64,000 bases of DNA from Antechinus flavipes. Lineage: Eukaryota. Shown in pieces: positions 22,301 to 33,299 of this stretch. How positions within the stretch are numbered: the stretch's first letter is position 1; each line of letters starts with the position of its first letter. The stretch is from positions 295,864,001-295,928,000 of the forward strand of contig NC_067402.1 in NCBI RefSeq assembly GCF_016432865.1, given 5' to 3'. A program made the translations under genes and the position numbers. Under the pieces are notes generated by a model, which was given only the letters and a program-made list of their open reading frames with translations, was not told the origin of the DNA and did no database searches.

Positions 22301-23338
22301 GTTGTCTGCGGCCTCGGGCACATCCCGGGCAGATTATGAATGAGCCTGAGCCTCAGTTTCCCCCACTGGAAAATGGTGAGGTTGGCCGTGCAGGCCTGTC
22401 AATCTAAGCCTGGATTCTAGGAACAGAGGCAGCAGGGGTTCCGGGGAGCCACAGAGAGAGGGATGGACCTGGCAAGTAGTGAAAGAGCACCAGCTCTCTT
22501 ACAACTCATTGAAGTCGGAACTAGCCCATTTTACAGTTAAGGAAACAGGCGAGTAGAGGGAACTGCTTTTGGGGGGCTTTTTGGCGGCACGAGACGGGAT
22601 CAGACTCGGTTATCCTGACTCTCAGCCAGTGCTCTGGCCTCCCAGGAGCTGCGCCCCAGAACTGAGCTGACCTGAGTTCACCATCACGTACAGGTGGACC
22701 TCATAGGAGACGTTGTGCTGGTTGGAGGCATTGAACATACAGAAGGGCTTCTCCAGGGTGATGGTGGTCAAGGTGGGGTTGTTGGTGGCAAACATGATGC
22801 TGGCCAGCTGAGGCTCCAGGTCCACTGCTGGGGGGCAAATGGGGTGGGGGAGGATCAGGGGAGCTGAAAGGGAGCCCACCCCCTCATTTTACGGCTGGAG
22901 AGACTGAGGCTTCAAGGATTGAAGGAACTTGTGCAGAATCACAGCTGGGGACTGTCAGAGGTGCCATGGGAACGCCAGTCTTCCCCACCCCCAAATCTGG
23001 GGCCCCTCTGACTCTAAGGGGCACGTCCTCCATTCGTGGTCCATGTTCCTGGTCTCTAAACACGCCTTCCCACTCCCCAAGCTTCGCTAGGACATTCTAG
23101 AGAATGGTGGGAAGGAGGCTTAGATGATGTAGGAGGCAGAGCTGTCACAGGAGACCTTGGTCAGCTCACTAGCCTTCATATGAGTCTTTTCCTCTGCAAA
23201 AGGAGGTTCCTCCCCCCACTCACTGAGGTCCTTGCCTGCTCTTTGGCGGAGAAGGAAGGAAGGAAGACGGAGAAGGCATCACTTACCCAGGCTCAGAGGC
23301 AGCCAGCCCAGAGCAAGCACAGCCCATAGGGGACACAT
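19224..23338 (-). CDS. UPK3A: Uroplakin-3a. Complete spliced CDS of 864 nt (287 aa): complement(join(19224..19383,19992..20124,20971..21053,21752..22031,22672..22827,23287..23338))
   Basis: Signal peptide MCPLWAVLALGW..., FATNNPTLTT, PYKA, WPGRRSGAMIVITSIL transmembrane segment, EVYASKLQG*. Exon sizes 52/156/280/83/133/160 give the same 287-aa length as human. Confidence 0.96.
19992..20124 (-). CDS. UPK3A: UPK3A exon 5 (WPGRRSG plus transmembrane helix)
   Basis: cttccag| acceptor and GTGAGT donor; 133 nt. Confidence 0.95.
20971..21053 (-). CDS. UPK3A: UPK3A exon 4 (FKYVLVN...DQTLWSQPVRTNQ)
   Basis: ctttcag| acceptor and GTAAGT donor; 83 nt. Confidence 0.95.
21121..21260. repeat. Degenerate 33-bp tandem x4 at the head of a MIR-like element (UPK3A intron 3)
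   Basis: tagaacaggg-like motif at 21121, 21154, 21187 and 21220. Confidence 0.8.
21752..22031 (-). CDS. UPK3A: UPK3A exon 3
   Basis: ORF 21727..22323 (STFQETVGGQRAPYKA...AYLVRVG...CNPPL); 280 nt, AG/GT bounded. Confidence 0.95.
22672..22827 (-). CDS. UPK3A: UPK3A exon 2
   Basis: ORF 22622..22879 (PQLASIMFATNNPTLTTITLEKPFCMF); 156 nt. Confidence 0.95.
23287..23338 (-). CDS. UPK3A: UPK3A exon 1 (signal peptide)
   Basis: ccATGtgt start, 52 nt, GTAAGT donor; resembles human MPPLWALLALGCL. Confidence 0.92.
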
Positions 23339-23339
23339 G

Positions 23340-23470
23340 GCCGGGTTCTGGGGATGTTTGGGCCAAGTAGGGATGGAGTAAAGGGGCTTGACGACTGCTC
23401 CTTTTCCCCGGGGGACCCTGGGGACCTAGAGCTTGCCCCGCCCCGCCCCACCCCCAAACCAATCGGCATC
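23340..23470 (-). promoter_or_regulatory. UPK3A: UPK3A proximal promoter
   Basis: GC/CACCC boxes at about 23436-23455 and CCAAT at 23459, immediately upstream of exon 1. Confidence 0.5.
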
Positions 23471-24298
23471 CTCCTCCGCCAGGTGCTTTGCATCACACTG
23501 AACCACCCCTTGCCCTCACCTGGCAGGAGGAGAGGAAAGGTGACTGCAAAACCCATATTTCTGGTCCCCCCTCCCCCCTATGTTTGTCTGCCTCCTTTAT
23601 CGGGGCAACATCAATGGGGATCTTGGCGGCTCCGTGATCAGGCATTCCTGGGGGCAGAGGCTGGACCAACACCCTATTCTAAGAGCCTGGATTTCCAGTC
23701 CACCTTTCCCACTCTGCCTCCACCCGTCCCCCATCTTCCCCTTCTCCGTTCTCACCAGCACGGTGGCAACAGCCTCATCACAGCCTCGCTGCCTCCAGGG
23801 CCTCCCTCTCCGATCCACCCCTCACACAGATGCCAAAGGAATCCGACCAAGGGAACTCCATGAAGGCAGGGACGGTTTCATGCTGGTCTGGGCATCTCGC
23901 CCCACTCAGACCTAGAACGGGGCCTGGCACAAAGTAGGCACCCGGATTAATGCTCTGGCCTCCGCCCATCTTTCCAGGGTCACTGCCCTGCTCCCCCCAC
24001 CCTGCATCTGCCCATCCAGTCAGTGGTCTTCTCCTCCTTCTCCTGCATGTCCCCCCAGCCTCCCTCAAGACTCTGCTCCTATTCTCCCTCCCAGAGGAAG
24101 CCTTCCCCTGTTCCCCCAGGAAGCGTCCAGCTTCCTCCCCTTAATTGGCCAGAGCGAGGCTTCTCTGCCTGTCAGCTGCTGATGACAGGGACTGCTGTTT
24201 GATTTCGTTCTGTCCTATCTTGGCAATCCCAGCTAGCACTAGGTCTACTGGGTACTTAGTGCTTATTAGACAAGATTGGGTGTTATGAGCCCCCTTTG

Positions 24299-24486
24299 AG
24301 CTCTGACATCCCCTGTTCTAAGCCCCCTCCCAGTTCTGACACTCCCTGTTCTAAGCTCCCTCCCAGCCCTGACATCCCCTGTTCTAAGCCCCCTCCCAGC
24401 CCTGACATCCCCTGTTCTAAGCCCCCTCCCAGCCCTGACATCCCCTGTTCTAAGCCCCCTCCCAGCTCTGACATCCCCTGTTCTAG
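24299..24486. repeat. Minisatellite, 33-bp unit x6
   Basis: ctgac at 24303, 24336, 24369, 24402, 24435 and 24468. Confidence 0.96.
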
Positions 24487-26299
24487 GTTCCCCTCTGGCT
24501 CCCTCCTGGGTCTGCCATCCTTGTTCTAACATTCTTTCTGGCTTTTACCATCTGCCTTCCCAAATAGAGAAAGAATATTTTTTAAAACCCCTCAAAATAA
24601 TGACCAACAGCTTTTTAGAAACTTCCCTCATCCCCGACTCAGATGTCAAAGAGCTTTTGCCTGCACGATTCGAGCACATCTTTGGTGTTATCAGAACCTT
24701 GGACACCAGCCTTCTCAGAAGGGGCTCCTACTGCCCCCGGGGGAGGGCCCACTCTGGTACCCCATCCTTCTGTGGGGCAGCTCCGGCCGGACGCGGGCGG
24801 CCAGAAAACCCGGCCTGAGCCATTTCCAGGCTCGGGCTGTTGGGCTACCCCAGCCCTGTCTGGCCATCTCTGGAATGAGGAGCCGAACTATCACGAACGA
24901 ATTCCTTCTCAGTGACTGGGTCTGTCGGCTCAGATGACCGAGGTCACAGAGCCAGAAACCACATCTCCCGGTCTCCAAGACACTGAGGTCAAAATATAGT
25001 CACAGGAACAAGATGCAGGAGATAAAGCTCCGTAACCAGTCTTGTGGAAAAGATCTGGTGGACCCCGAGCTCACCCGGAATCAGAAATGCGACGTGGCAG
25101 CCCCCACCACCACCACCACGTGGCTTTGTGTGGAAGGTCCTGGCCCGGGGTGAAGTCCTGGGTAGCTAGATGGGTGGAGACAGAGAGCCTGAATTACTGT
25201 CCACAATCTGGAAGCCCTGCTGCTCCCGAGGCAAGCATGGCCGAGCGCTGTCCGCTCTTCCCAGTCTGAAGTAGCCTTTTGTGGTGGGCTTGGGAGGGAG
25301 GTCGGTGAAGTCCTCTCTTTACAATCAAAGCCAAGTTGTGATATTTCCCCTCAAAGGACTTGACCATATGCAGCAGCTCCCCCTCTTTCTCCTTCTTTGG
25401 GCTGAGCTCCCAATAGCTGGCAATGGTGAATTCCCTCCTCAGGGTGATACAGCAGGAGGCCCCCTGACCTTGGGAGAGGCAGTAAATCAGAAGCCCTAAA
25501 TCTTCCAGCTTTGGGACCGCCCGCAACCCAGACAGCTCTTTGCCTCAGGAAACTCCCGCGGGAACCGGACTCCGAGACCCCTCCCTTCCTTGGAGTTTCC
25601 TCCCCAGCCCACCCTGAGCTAGAGAATTCACTTATCTCCCAGCTCCTGAATTTCCTGAACTTGCTCCCCATTCAGTCGGCCCAGTAATGACGCCTCCTTG
25701 CTTTTTAATAAGCTTTGCCTCTTGACTAAGGGGCAAATAATACACTTTGCCCCCAGGAGATGGGTTCAAGCCTGCAAACTGAGGCAAATTCATTTGAGAT
25801 AGCTGGCAACCACGGTCTGGACTTCGGGGGCCTCCTTCTCTTTCTTTTCTTGGGGGCGGTCTGGCTTCTCGTGGAAGCTAGCTCCCAGGCAATGGTCTCA
25901 GGGGCCATGTGGCTTCCCCCAGTTAACTGTTAACGCCCCTCTTAGTAGCATAATAAAATCTTTGCCCCTTACTTCGAAGCCCAGTAAACCGACAGGGCCC
26001 CTAAGTCCCAATGTTGAGCAGCATCTCCCCACCTTCTGCTCCCCGGGGGCAGTTCAGGCCCCCCGAGGCTGGCCACTCCCACTCCAGGCTCCAGAGCTGC
26101 CTTTCAGAGACTCCGCTTCTCCTCCTGTGGGTCCCCAGCACCAGTGCACTCATTTTTACCAAATAACATGGGGAAGTCAGTTACTACTAAGTGTGCTCTT
26201 AAGAATCTGGTTCACTCCTCACAAACACACCCAGCATCCATGGGAGGAGGGGGCTTAGACGTAGACCATGACCCTAGTTAGACAACGAGGAAGAAATCT

Positions 26300-26927
26300 G
26301 TGACTTCACCTGCTCTGAGAGTCCTCTCTCCCCTCTCCTCCCTCATGCAAGTGTGGTCCCTTGAAGAAGTGATTGTTCCTTTCTTTCGGATTCCCAACCC
26401 CTCCTAGTTGATCAATCCAGACCTTTTGATTCCCAAATCTTGGTCCCTTTGAATTCCAATAGAAGATCCGGGCCTGTCCCAGCCCCACCAGGATCTGAGC
26501 CAACTTGGGGCTACTCCCACAGGCCTCTCTAGCTAAATCTCCCATTATAAAAGGAACACGCTGGAACCCCCTCTTTGCAGGGTCCCAAACATGCCAGCCT
26601 TATCCCTGGCACGCCAGGACCCTCTGTCCACTGGAACCCTGTGTCCGGTGCCCTTCTTATCTCTATCTTCACCTATTTCCTTAACTATACTTTAACCTTA
26701 CCTCCAAACCCCATAATAAACCTCTTCTATCAATCTAGCTTTTCGGGCCAATAAATGCTTTTATTGGGGACTCGCGCCACTCCTAGACCTTATTTAACTC
26801 CATATCCTTGTGCCGAATGCAAAGGGGTTACATGGAAACTCTATTTGACTCCCTGTACCCCGAACCTGCCACTAGACCTCAATTAAACCCTAATTTCATT
26901 AAGGTGTCCCATATCTAGACCTCATCG
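26300..26927 (+). mobile_element. Solo LTR (family A)
   Basis: TATAAAA at 26546, AATAAA at 26715, ends ctagacctcatcg; homologous to 7884-8435. The 5' boundary is approximate. Confidence 0.75.
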
Positions 26928-27015
26928 CTCCCCTCTCTCTATCTTTCCCTCTCCTTTCTTTTCCCTCCCTCCCTCTGCCTCTTTTCCCTCTCCTCCTTTT
27001 CTCTCCCTCTCCTCT

Positions 27016-27454
27016 TGTTGTGCCAAAGTTCCCTTTTTAATGTCGTGACCCAGTTTCTCCAATTATCCTATTGAGTTATTCTTCCTCAGGTTATAACCTT
27101 TCCCTCTTAATGCTTGAGATAAAGGTTTTTTTATCTTTAGGTTATAGATATTCCTTCTTAATGTTTGACAAAATAAAGGTTTAGCCATTTTAGATGTCAT
27201 TAGAATATCAGTAACCCCCCTCCATTGTGTCATCCTAGGGGCCTCCCCCACCATCCCCACCTAGGTACCTCCCCCACTATGTCACTGTTCTTGTTATTCT
27301 ATAAAAAGCTTGCTGTCCCGATAGTCGGGGCCGGACTCTCCGAGACGATATTCTCGTCTAGCCCTGGGATCAACCATGGGTCCATCGGTCCCATTTAATA
27401 AACTATTGAATTGGTCTCTAATCTCTTGTCTTGCTCAGTTTCTTCAGCATTACA
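27016..27454 (+). mobile_element. Solo LTR (family B), 439 bp
   Basis: TG...CA termini, 4-bp TSD CTCT, TATAAAA at 27300 and AATAAA at 27397. Confidence 0.8.
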
Positions 27455-28410
27455 CTCTCTCCTCTCTTTCCCTCCTTTCTTCTGTCTCCCGTTCCCTTCC
27501 TCTCCCTCTTTCTCATTCTCCTCTGTCTCCCTCCCCTCTCCCTTCCTCCCTCTGTCTCTCCCTCTCTCTCTGCAGAGCCCTTTACTGTGTTTGTCTGGCA
27601 TGTTTTCCCCATTAACGGGGAAGCCCCTTGAGGGCAGGAACACTTTTCTTTTCTTTGATTCCCACAGTGAGAAGGGCTGACCAAAGGCTGGCTGACTGGT
27701 GGGTCGGCCAGCCCTCCCTCGGCCTCACTCTACACCTGGAGTTGGGCTGATTGATGGCCGGGGGCCCAAGCAGAACCAGCCCGAGGCTCTCCTCCCCAAG
27801 GGGTCTTTCTCCCCCACATGATGGCTTTGTCCTGGCCAGGCTCCAGCCACAGAAGAGCACAGGAAGCAGTCCCTGCCCTCTCAGGGAAGGGAATTGGGAA
27901 CTTGTAAGGCAGCAGCAGGCCCAGGTCTACCCCCATTAGGTCAAATGGCTCAGGAACCGGCCAACCAACCACAAAAGCCACTTGCTGTTCCACCCTCGGC
28001 TTATCTGCGTTCCACATTCAATCTGGGAGGCCCAGACTGGTTCATCCGGATGCCTGGGAGGACCCTCGGGCTGACTCAGGGCCCTCCCCCAGCTGCTCTG
28101 CTCTTCAGCCGGCTGACCTTTCCCCCATCCCTCCTTGACCGCAGGTGCCAGGAGTCTCTCGGTAAGGTCCTCGGGAGCCTTTGGACTGGGCAGTCAGAAA
28201 AGCCTCAGGGGCAGGAAGCACCAGGCCCTCGCCACACCCAATGCTCGCCTCACAGGGTCACTCCTTTGGGTTGTCACAGAGATGCCCTGGCCCACGCTGG
28301 GGGGCCCACAGGGAAATTAGGAGCCCTGCCAGTACGGGGCTGCTGCCATGGGAAGGGCCATCTCCCTGGGCTTTGGAGGCTGGACCAGAGCGGTGAAATG
28401 CCAGAGACAC

Positions 28411-28845
28411 TGAGGCCAGATAGAGATGAGAGGTTTTAATATTTTAACAGTGGAGAGTCTGGACCGGCCGTGACCAGCCGGCTGGGGGGGACTCTTGTCT
28501 CGAAGCACCCAGCCACGAGTGAGTAATTCCAGAGACTTTTTTAGGGAAACAAAGGCAAAGAGGGAGGGCAGAGCACTGGGGAGGACCCTAACTTTTAATT
28601 CTGACAGGTTGGAGGTGAAGGAAGGATCACAAAATCTGAAAAATTGGGAGGGAAGAAGCTCAGAGATGGGAAGTCCGGGCCCAGGAGATGCCCAAGCATT
28701 TGAGATTAGCCGTCTGGAGTTTTACTTTGGAATGCCAGTGGCCGGAGCCCTGCAGCCCTAATTACCTCCGTCCTAATGGCCAGGAAGAGGGAGTTGCCAC
28801 CAGGGAAACTGAGGCAGAACAGTTCAGGGAAACTGAGGCAGAACA
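28411..28845 (-). mobile_element. Probable solo LTR (family C)
   Basis: Minus strand starts TGTTCTGCCTCAGTTTCCC and ends ATTAAAacc...ggcctCA; no TSD seen. Confidence 0.55.
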
Positions 28846-29489
28846 GCTCCTCTCCAGTCCCATATCCCAGCTTCAGGCCTGGCTCTGGGGCTGCTCCTCC
28901 CCCCAACATCCCCAGAGTCCTGTGTCTCTCTCACACACACAGACACATTTTAGCAAATGAAGTCCATAGGCTTTCATTAAGCTTCCATGATGTGCTGGAC
29001 ATCGGGCCTGAGTATTGGGGATATAAGGAAAGATCCTCAGGGATCCCCTAATGGGGGATAGGGCAGGCGACTTCCGGAGGGGTGTGGGCATTTGGGGGGC
29101 TCAGAAAAGGCAGGGGGAGGGGGGAGCCAGGGATGCCAGGGCACAGGGAAGCAGCTTAGGGGCCCAGAGACAGAGGTCTGGTGCCTTCATAGCCGGGGGG
29201 CCAGAGTCCCTTGAACGATGAGACCATTTAGGGAGTGAGGTACGGGAGAGAGAGAAGCAGGCTGGGTTGTAAAGGGCTTTGAATGCTGGACAATGATCCC
29301 AGAAGCGATAGGGAGCTCTGAAGTTTATAGAGTAAGGGGTGACATTTAGGAAAATCTCTTTGGTTACTGAATGGAGGGGCTGGGAGGGAGAGAGGCCGGT
29401 GGCCCTGCCCTTGTAGTCATCCATCTCGTGGCTGAACGTGTCCTATCTTTATGGGAAGTCACTCCTTCAGAGCTTATGCTCGTGAGAAA

Positions 29490-30350
29490 CAAGTTTTACA
29501 GGCAGTGTTTCCGATAAAGGCCTCGTTTCTAAAGTAGAGAGAGAACTCAGTCAGATTTATAAGGATATACATCCCCCCGGATTCATAAATGATCCAAACA
29601 CGGGCACTGACAATTTTCAGATGAAGAAATTAAAACCAATTCTAGTCATATGAAAAAAATGCTCTGTCACTGTTGATTAGAGAGATGTAAATTAAAACAA
29701 TTCTGAGGTAGCACCTCACACATATCCCATTAGTTAAGATGAGAAAAAGATAATGATAGATGTTGGAGGGATGTGGGAAAACTGGCATTGTGGGTGGAGT
29801 TGTGAACTGACCCAACCGTTCCAATTTGGAACTATGTCCAGAGAGCTATAAAATTTGGCATCTCCTTTGACCCAACAGTGTCACTGCTGGGTCTGTATCC
29901 CAGGAAATCTTCAAGGAGGGAAAAGGACCCCCAGGTGCGAAACTGTTCTTTTTGGAGATTGGATAGAGTTGAGGAATGAATGAATATAAATATAATGGAA
30001 TACTACGGTTCCACAAGAAATGATGAGCAGGCTGGAGAGACCTGGAGAGACTTAGAATGAACTGGTGCAAGTGAGCGGAACCAGGAGAATATTGTACACA
30101 GCCACAGAGATTGTGTGATGATCGGCTGACACACACTTGGGCTCTTCTCAGCAATACAGTGATCCTAAGACAATCCCAATGAACTTGGGATGGAAAATCT
30201 AATCCCGATCCAGAGAGAAGTCTAAGGAGTCTGGATACACCTTTTTTTTTTTTTTTTAAGTTGCTTCTTCTTTCTTGTGGTTCCCCCTTGTGCTCCGATT
30301 TTTTTTTCCCACTATGGTAAATATGGAAATTTGTTTAAAATGATTGTCCA
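29490..30350 (+). mobile_element. L1 ORF2 3' end / 3'UTR fragment
   Basis: gataaaggcctcgtttctaaa...ttggaggggatgtgggaaaactgg, typical of the L1 ORF2 C-terminus. Confidence 0.8.
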
Positions 30351-30352
30351 TG

Positions 30353-30999
30353 CGATGAGGTTGAGGTAGCTGGTCCTAGTTTGAAATAAACATGTGACAA
30401 ATTCTCAATGGCCATTCTCTTTGCCAAGAGGAAGGTTTATTTAGGCGAAGACTTTATAGACAAAATCAGATGTCAAATAGGCACTAGGAATGGCAAATAT
30501 GAAATAGAATTGGGCGAGTGTATAGTTGGAAAGGAAAGGAATTGGGAAGAACCCATTAAAAGAATAGGCCTTGAGGCCTAAAGATGCCTTTGATTGGCAG
30601 GTTAGATCCACGGAGCAGTTAAGCACACTAAGCTAGAGTTAGGAGAAAGGGGCCCTTAGAGGGAGGGCACTATGAGGAGGGAGAGAGAATCATCTTAGAA
30701 AGGGCTCAGTCCTGAAGAGAACTTGGTAAACATCTTCAACATACAGATCCTTTAGGGGGGAAATAGAGGCTTGGGGTTTCTCAGATGCAAAGGCTGGAAC
30801 CAGGAGGGAGGGTCAGAGAACTGGATGGAAGGTACCTGGCTTCCAGATCTCTGTCTAGAGATAGGCTAACCAGTCTCTCAAAGGCTGTTGGGAATATCTG
30901 TAAAGATGCTAATCGGTTTGGAGACAATAGAATGACGCTCTTCTATAGGAACAGGATTTGGGCTCCTTTGGGACAGGGGAAGATAGTCACTTCACATCA
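30353..30999 (-). mobile_element. Solo LTR (family D) nested in L1
   Basis: Minus-strand TGATGTG...CCTCATCG flanked by CATG (30349-30352 and 31000-31003); the L1 3'UTR resumes afterwards. Confidence 0.7.
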
Positions 31000-32270
31000 C
31001 ATGCATAACCTATAGCAGATTGCTTTGTGTCTTGGGGAGGGAGAGAGAAAAAAAATGGCACTCAAAATGTTGCAGAAATGAATGTTGAGGTGGGGAGGGA
31101 AGGGGGAAAAATATGGAACCCAAGGTTTTGTGAGGATAATGATGAAAACTAAATTTGCATGTATTTTGAAAAATAGGGAAGAAGACACAAGGGGGATCCA
31201 TGAGTGGGAGAAGTTAAAAAATAACAAGGCAAGTTAAGGGGCAGAATCAAAGCAAAGAGTTAGCGGAGAGAGGAAAGATGTGTGTGTAAGGGGGACGGTA
31301 TGTGTATGTATATATCTATGTATGTATACATAAATGAATCTTAACTATAGTTTGGTTGGGAGGGGGTGAGGATAAAAAGGGAAAAAAACAATAAAGTAAA
31401 AAAGTAGACAGCAGAAAACAAAAGAATAATTTACAAGGAAACAAGGAAAAGATGAGGAATCATGAATATAATTTCTTCTACTAATATATACACATATAGG
31501 TGTGTTTCTTTCTTATTGTTATTTTATTGTTCTATATTTTGCTCCCTCCCCGATGTTCTGCTGGGCACATGACAATGTTCTCTTTTGTTTTTGTTTTATT
31601 TCGTTTTGCATTCCTTTTCTGTTTTTCCTTTTTTCTTTTGTTTTTTAAAATAAAAAAAAAAGGAAAAGCTATTTCAAAAATAAATAGTGGGAAAAATAAA
31701 ATGAATTCGTGGAAAATAAAAAGTTATCTTATGATCTAACAATGCCATTCTTGGGCACTTCTCCCAAAAGAGATTAAAAAACAAAAACAAAACAAAGGAA
31801 AGGACCTATATGCGCAAAAATATTTTAGCGGCTCTTGTCTTAGGGCAAAGAACTGGAAAGTGGGGGATGCCAACACTGGGGAATGGCTGGCCAAAGTGTG
31901 GCACGTGATTTTGCTGGAACACTCTTGTTCTGTGAGAAATAATAAGCAGGATGCTTTCAGAAAAACCTGGGAAGTCCTCCCTCCGCGGGTGATGCGAAGT
32001 GAAATGTGCCGTGTGCAAAGTAACAGCGATAGGATGGGATGATCGGCCGTGAATGACTTTGCTCCTCTCAGCAATACAATGATCCAAGGCGACTGGGAAG
32101 GACTTGATGAACAGTGCGGTCCATTCCCAGAGAAAGAACTGACGGGGTCTGAGGACAGATTGAAGCAGCCTTTTTCTTATTTATTTTATTTTCTGAGGGC
32201 TTTTTTGGGGGGGCGGGGGCTGTTTTCTTTTGCAATATGACTTTTATGGGAACGTTTTGCGCGGTCTTCC
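31000..32270 (+). mobile_element. L1 3'UTR and further L1 ORF2-end fragments
   Basis: cataacctatagcagattgc..., aaaggacctatatgcgcaaaaatattt..., ggggaatggctgg motifs. Confidence 0.7.
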
Positions 32271-32505
32271 AGCTTCTTTCCAGGGACAATGGCCTGGCTG
32301 TGATCCAAAGCCACTTCCGGACTTCAGATGTGGTGAGCCTCTGCCTTAATGGATTCACTTTTTTGCTTGAACTCAGAGGGAAAAGCTAGGAGTGGCGGGA
32401 GGTTACAGGGAGATGAATTTCGCTTCAGGGGAAATTTCCTAAGCCCTTAATAATTACTGATTGACTCCCTCGAATTTCAACCCACCCCAAAGTGGAATGG
32501 ATGAC

Positions 32506-32922
32506 CCCTGGAGGTGGTGAGCTCCCGGTCCCGGGAGGGGGTGAGCTCCCCGGGCGTCCCTGGAGGTGGTGAGCTCCCCGTCCCGGGAGGGGGTGAGCTC
32601 CCCGTCTATGGAGGTGATGAGCTCCCCGGGCGTCCCTGGAGGTGGCGAGCTCCCGGTCCCTGCAGGTGGTGAGCGCCCAGTCCCTGGAGAGCGCCCCGTC
32701 CCTGCAGGTGGTGAGCGCCCCGTCCCTGGAGGGGGTGAGCTCCCGGTCCCTGGAGGGGGTGAGCTCCCGGTCCCTGGAGGAGGTGAGCTCCCCGTCCCGG
32801 GAGGTGGTGAGCTCCCCGGGCGTCCCTGGAGGTGGTGAGCTCCCGGTCCCTGGAGAGCGCCCCGTCCCTGGAGGGGGTGAGCTCCCCGTCCCTGCAGGTG
32901 GTGAGCGCCCCGTCCCTGGAGG
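32506..32922. repeat. Degenerate GC-rich minisatellite (18-27-bp units, core ccctggaggtggtgagctcccggt), about 18 copies
   Basis: Read directly; explains ORFs 32425-33075. Confidence 0.93.
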
Positions 32923-33299
32923 TCTGCAAGCAGGGGCGGGCTGACCAGGTGTTGGGTATGAGAGAAGGGTTTTGCTTGGGATGCGGGGTTGGTCCTCTGA
33001 ACATCCAAGACCTCCTTCTCCTGTCCCGTCACAGACGACGTTTCCCTTCCTCCATCCAAGGACCCTTCCCTGCAAGGGCGCTCTTATTGCCCTGGCTGCG
33101 TCTGGGCAAATCTCGGCCCAGTCCCTTCCCCTGGATGAACCTCAGTTTCCTTCCAGGTGTAATGAGGGATGCGGCAGATCCTCCCTTGGGGGGAGGGGCT
33201 GGCCCAGCTCCAACAGCTCACACCGGGCCTGGGATGCCCCCTGGTGGAGAGTGGGGGAAGACCCTCTCCCGGCAGCCCCACAGAAAGGGATCTTTGCCT

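Noticed and set aside
25056-25073. TGGTGGACCCCGAGCTCA resembling a tRNA-Trp primer-binding site
   Set aside because: One insertion plus mismatches, and no LTR ending in CA directly upstream.
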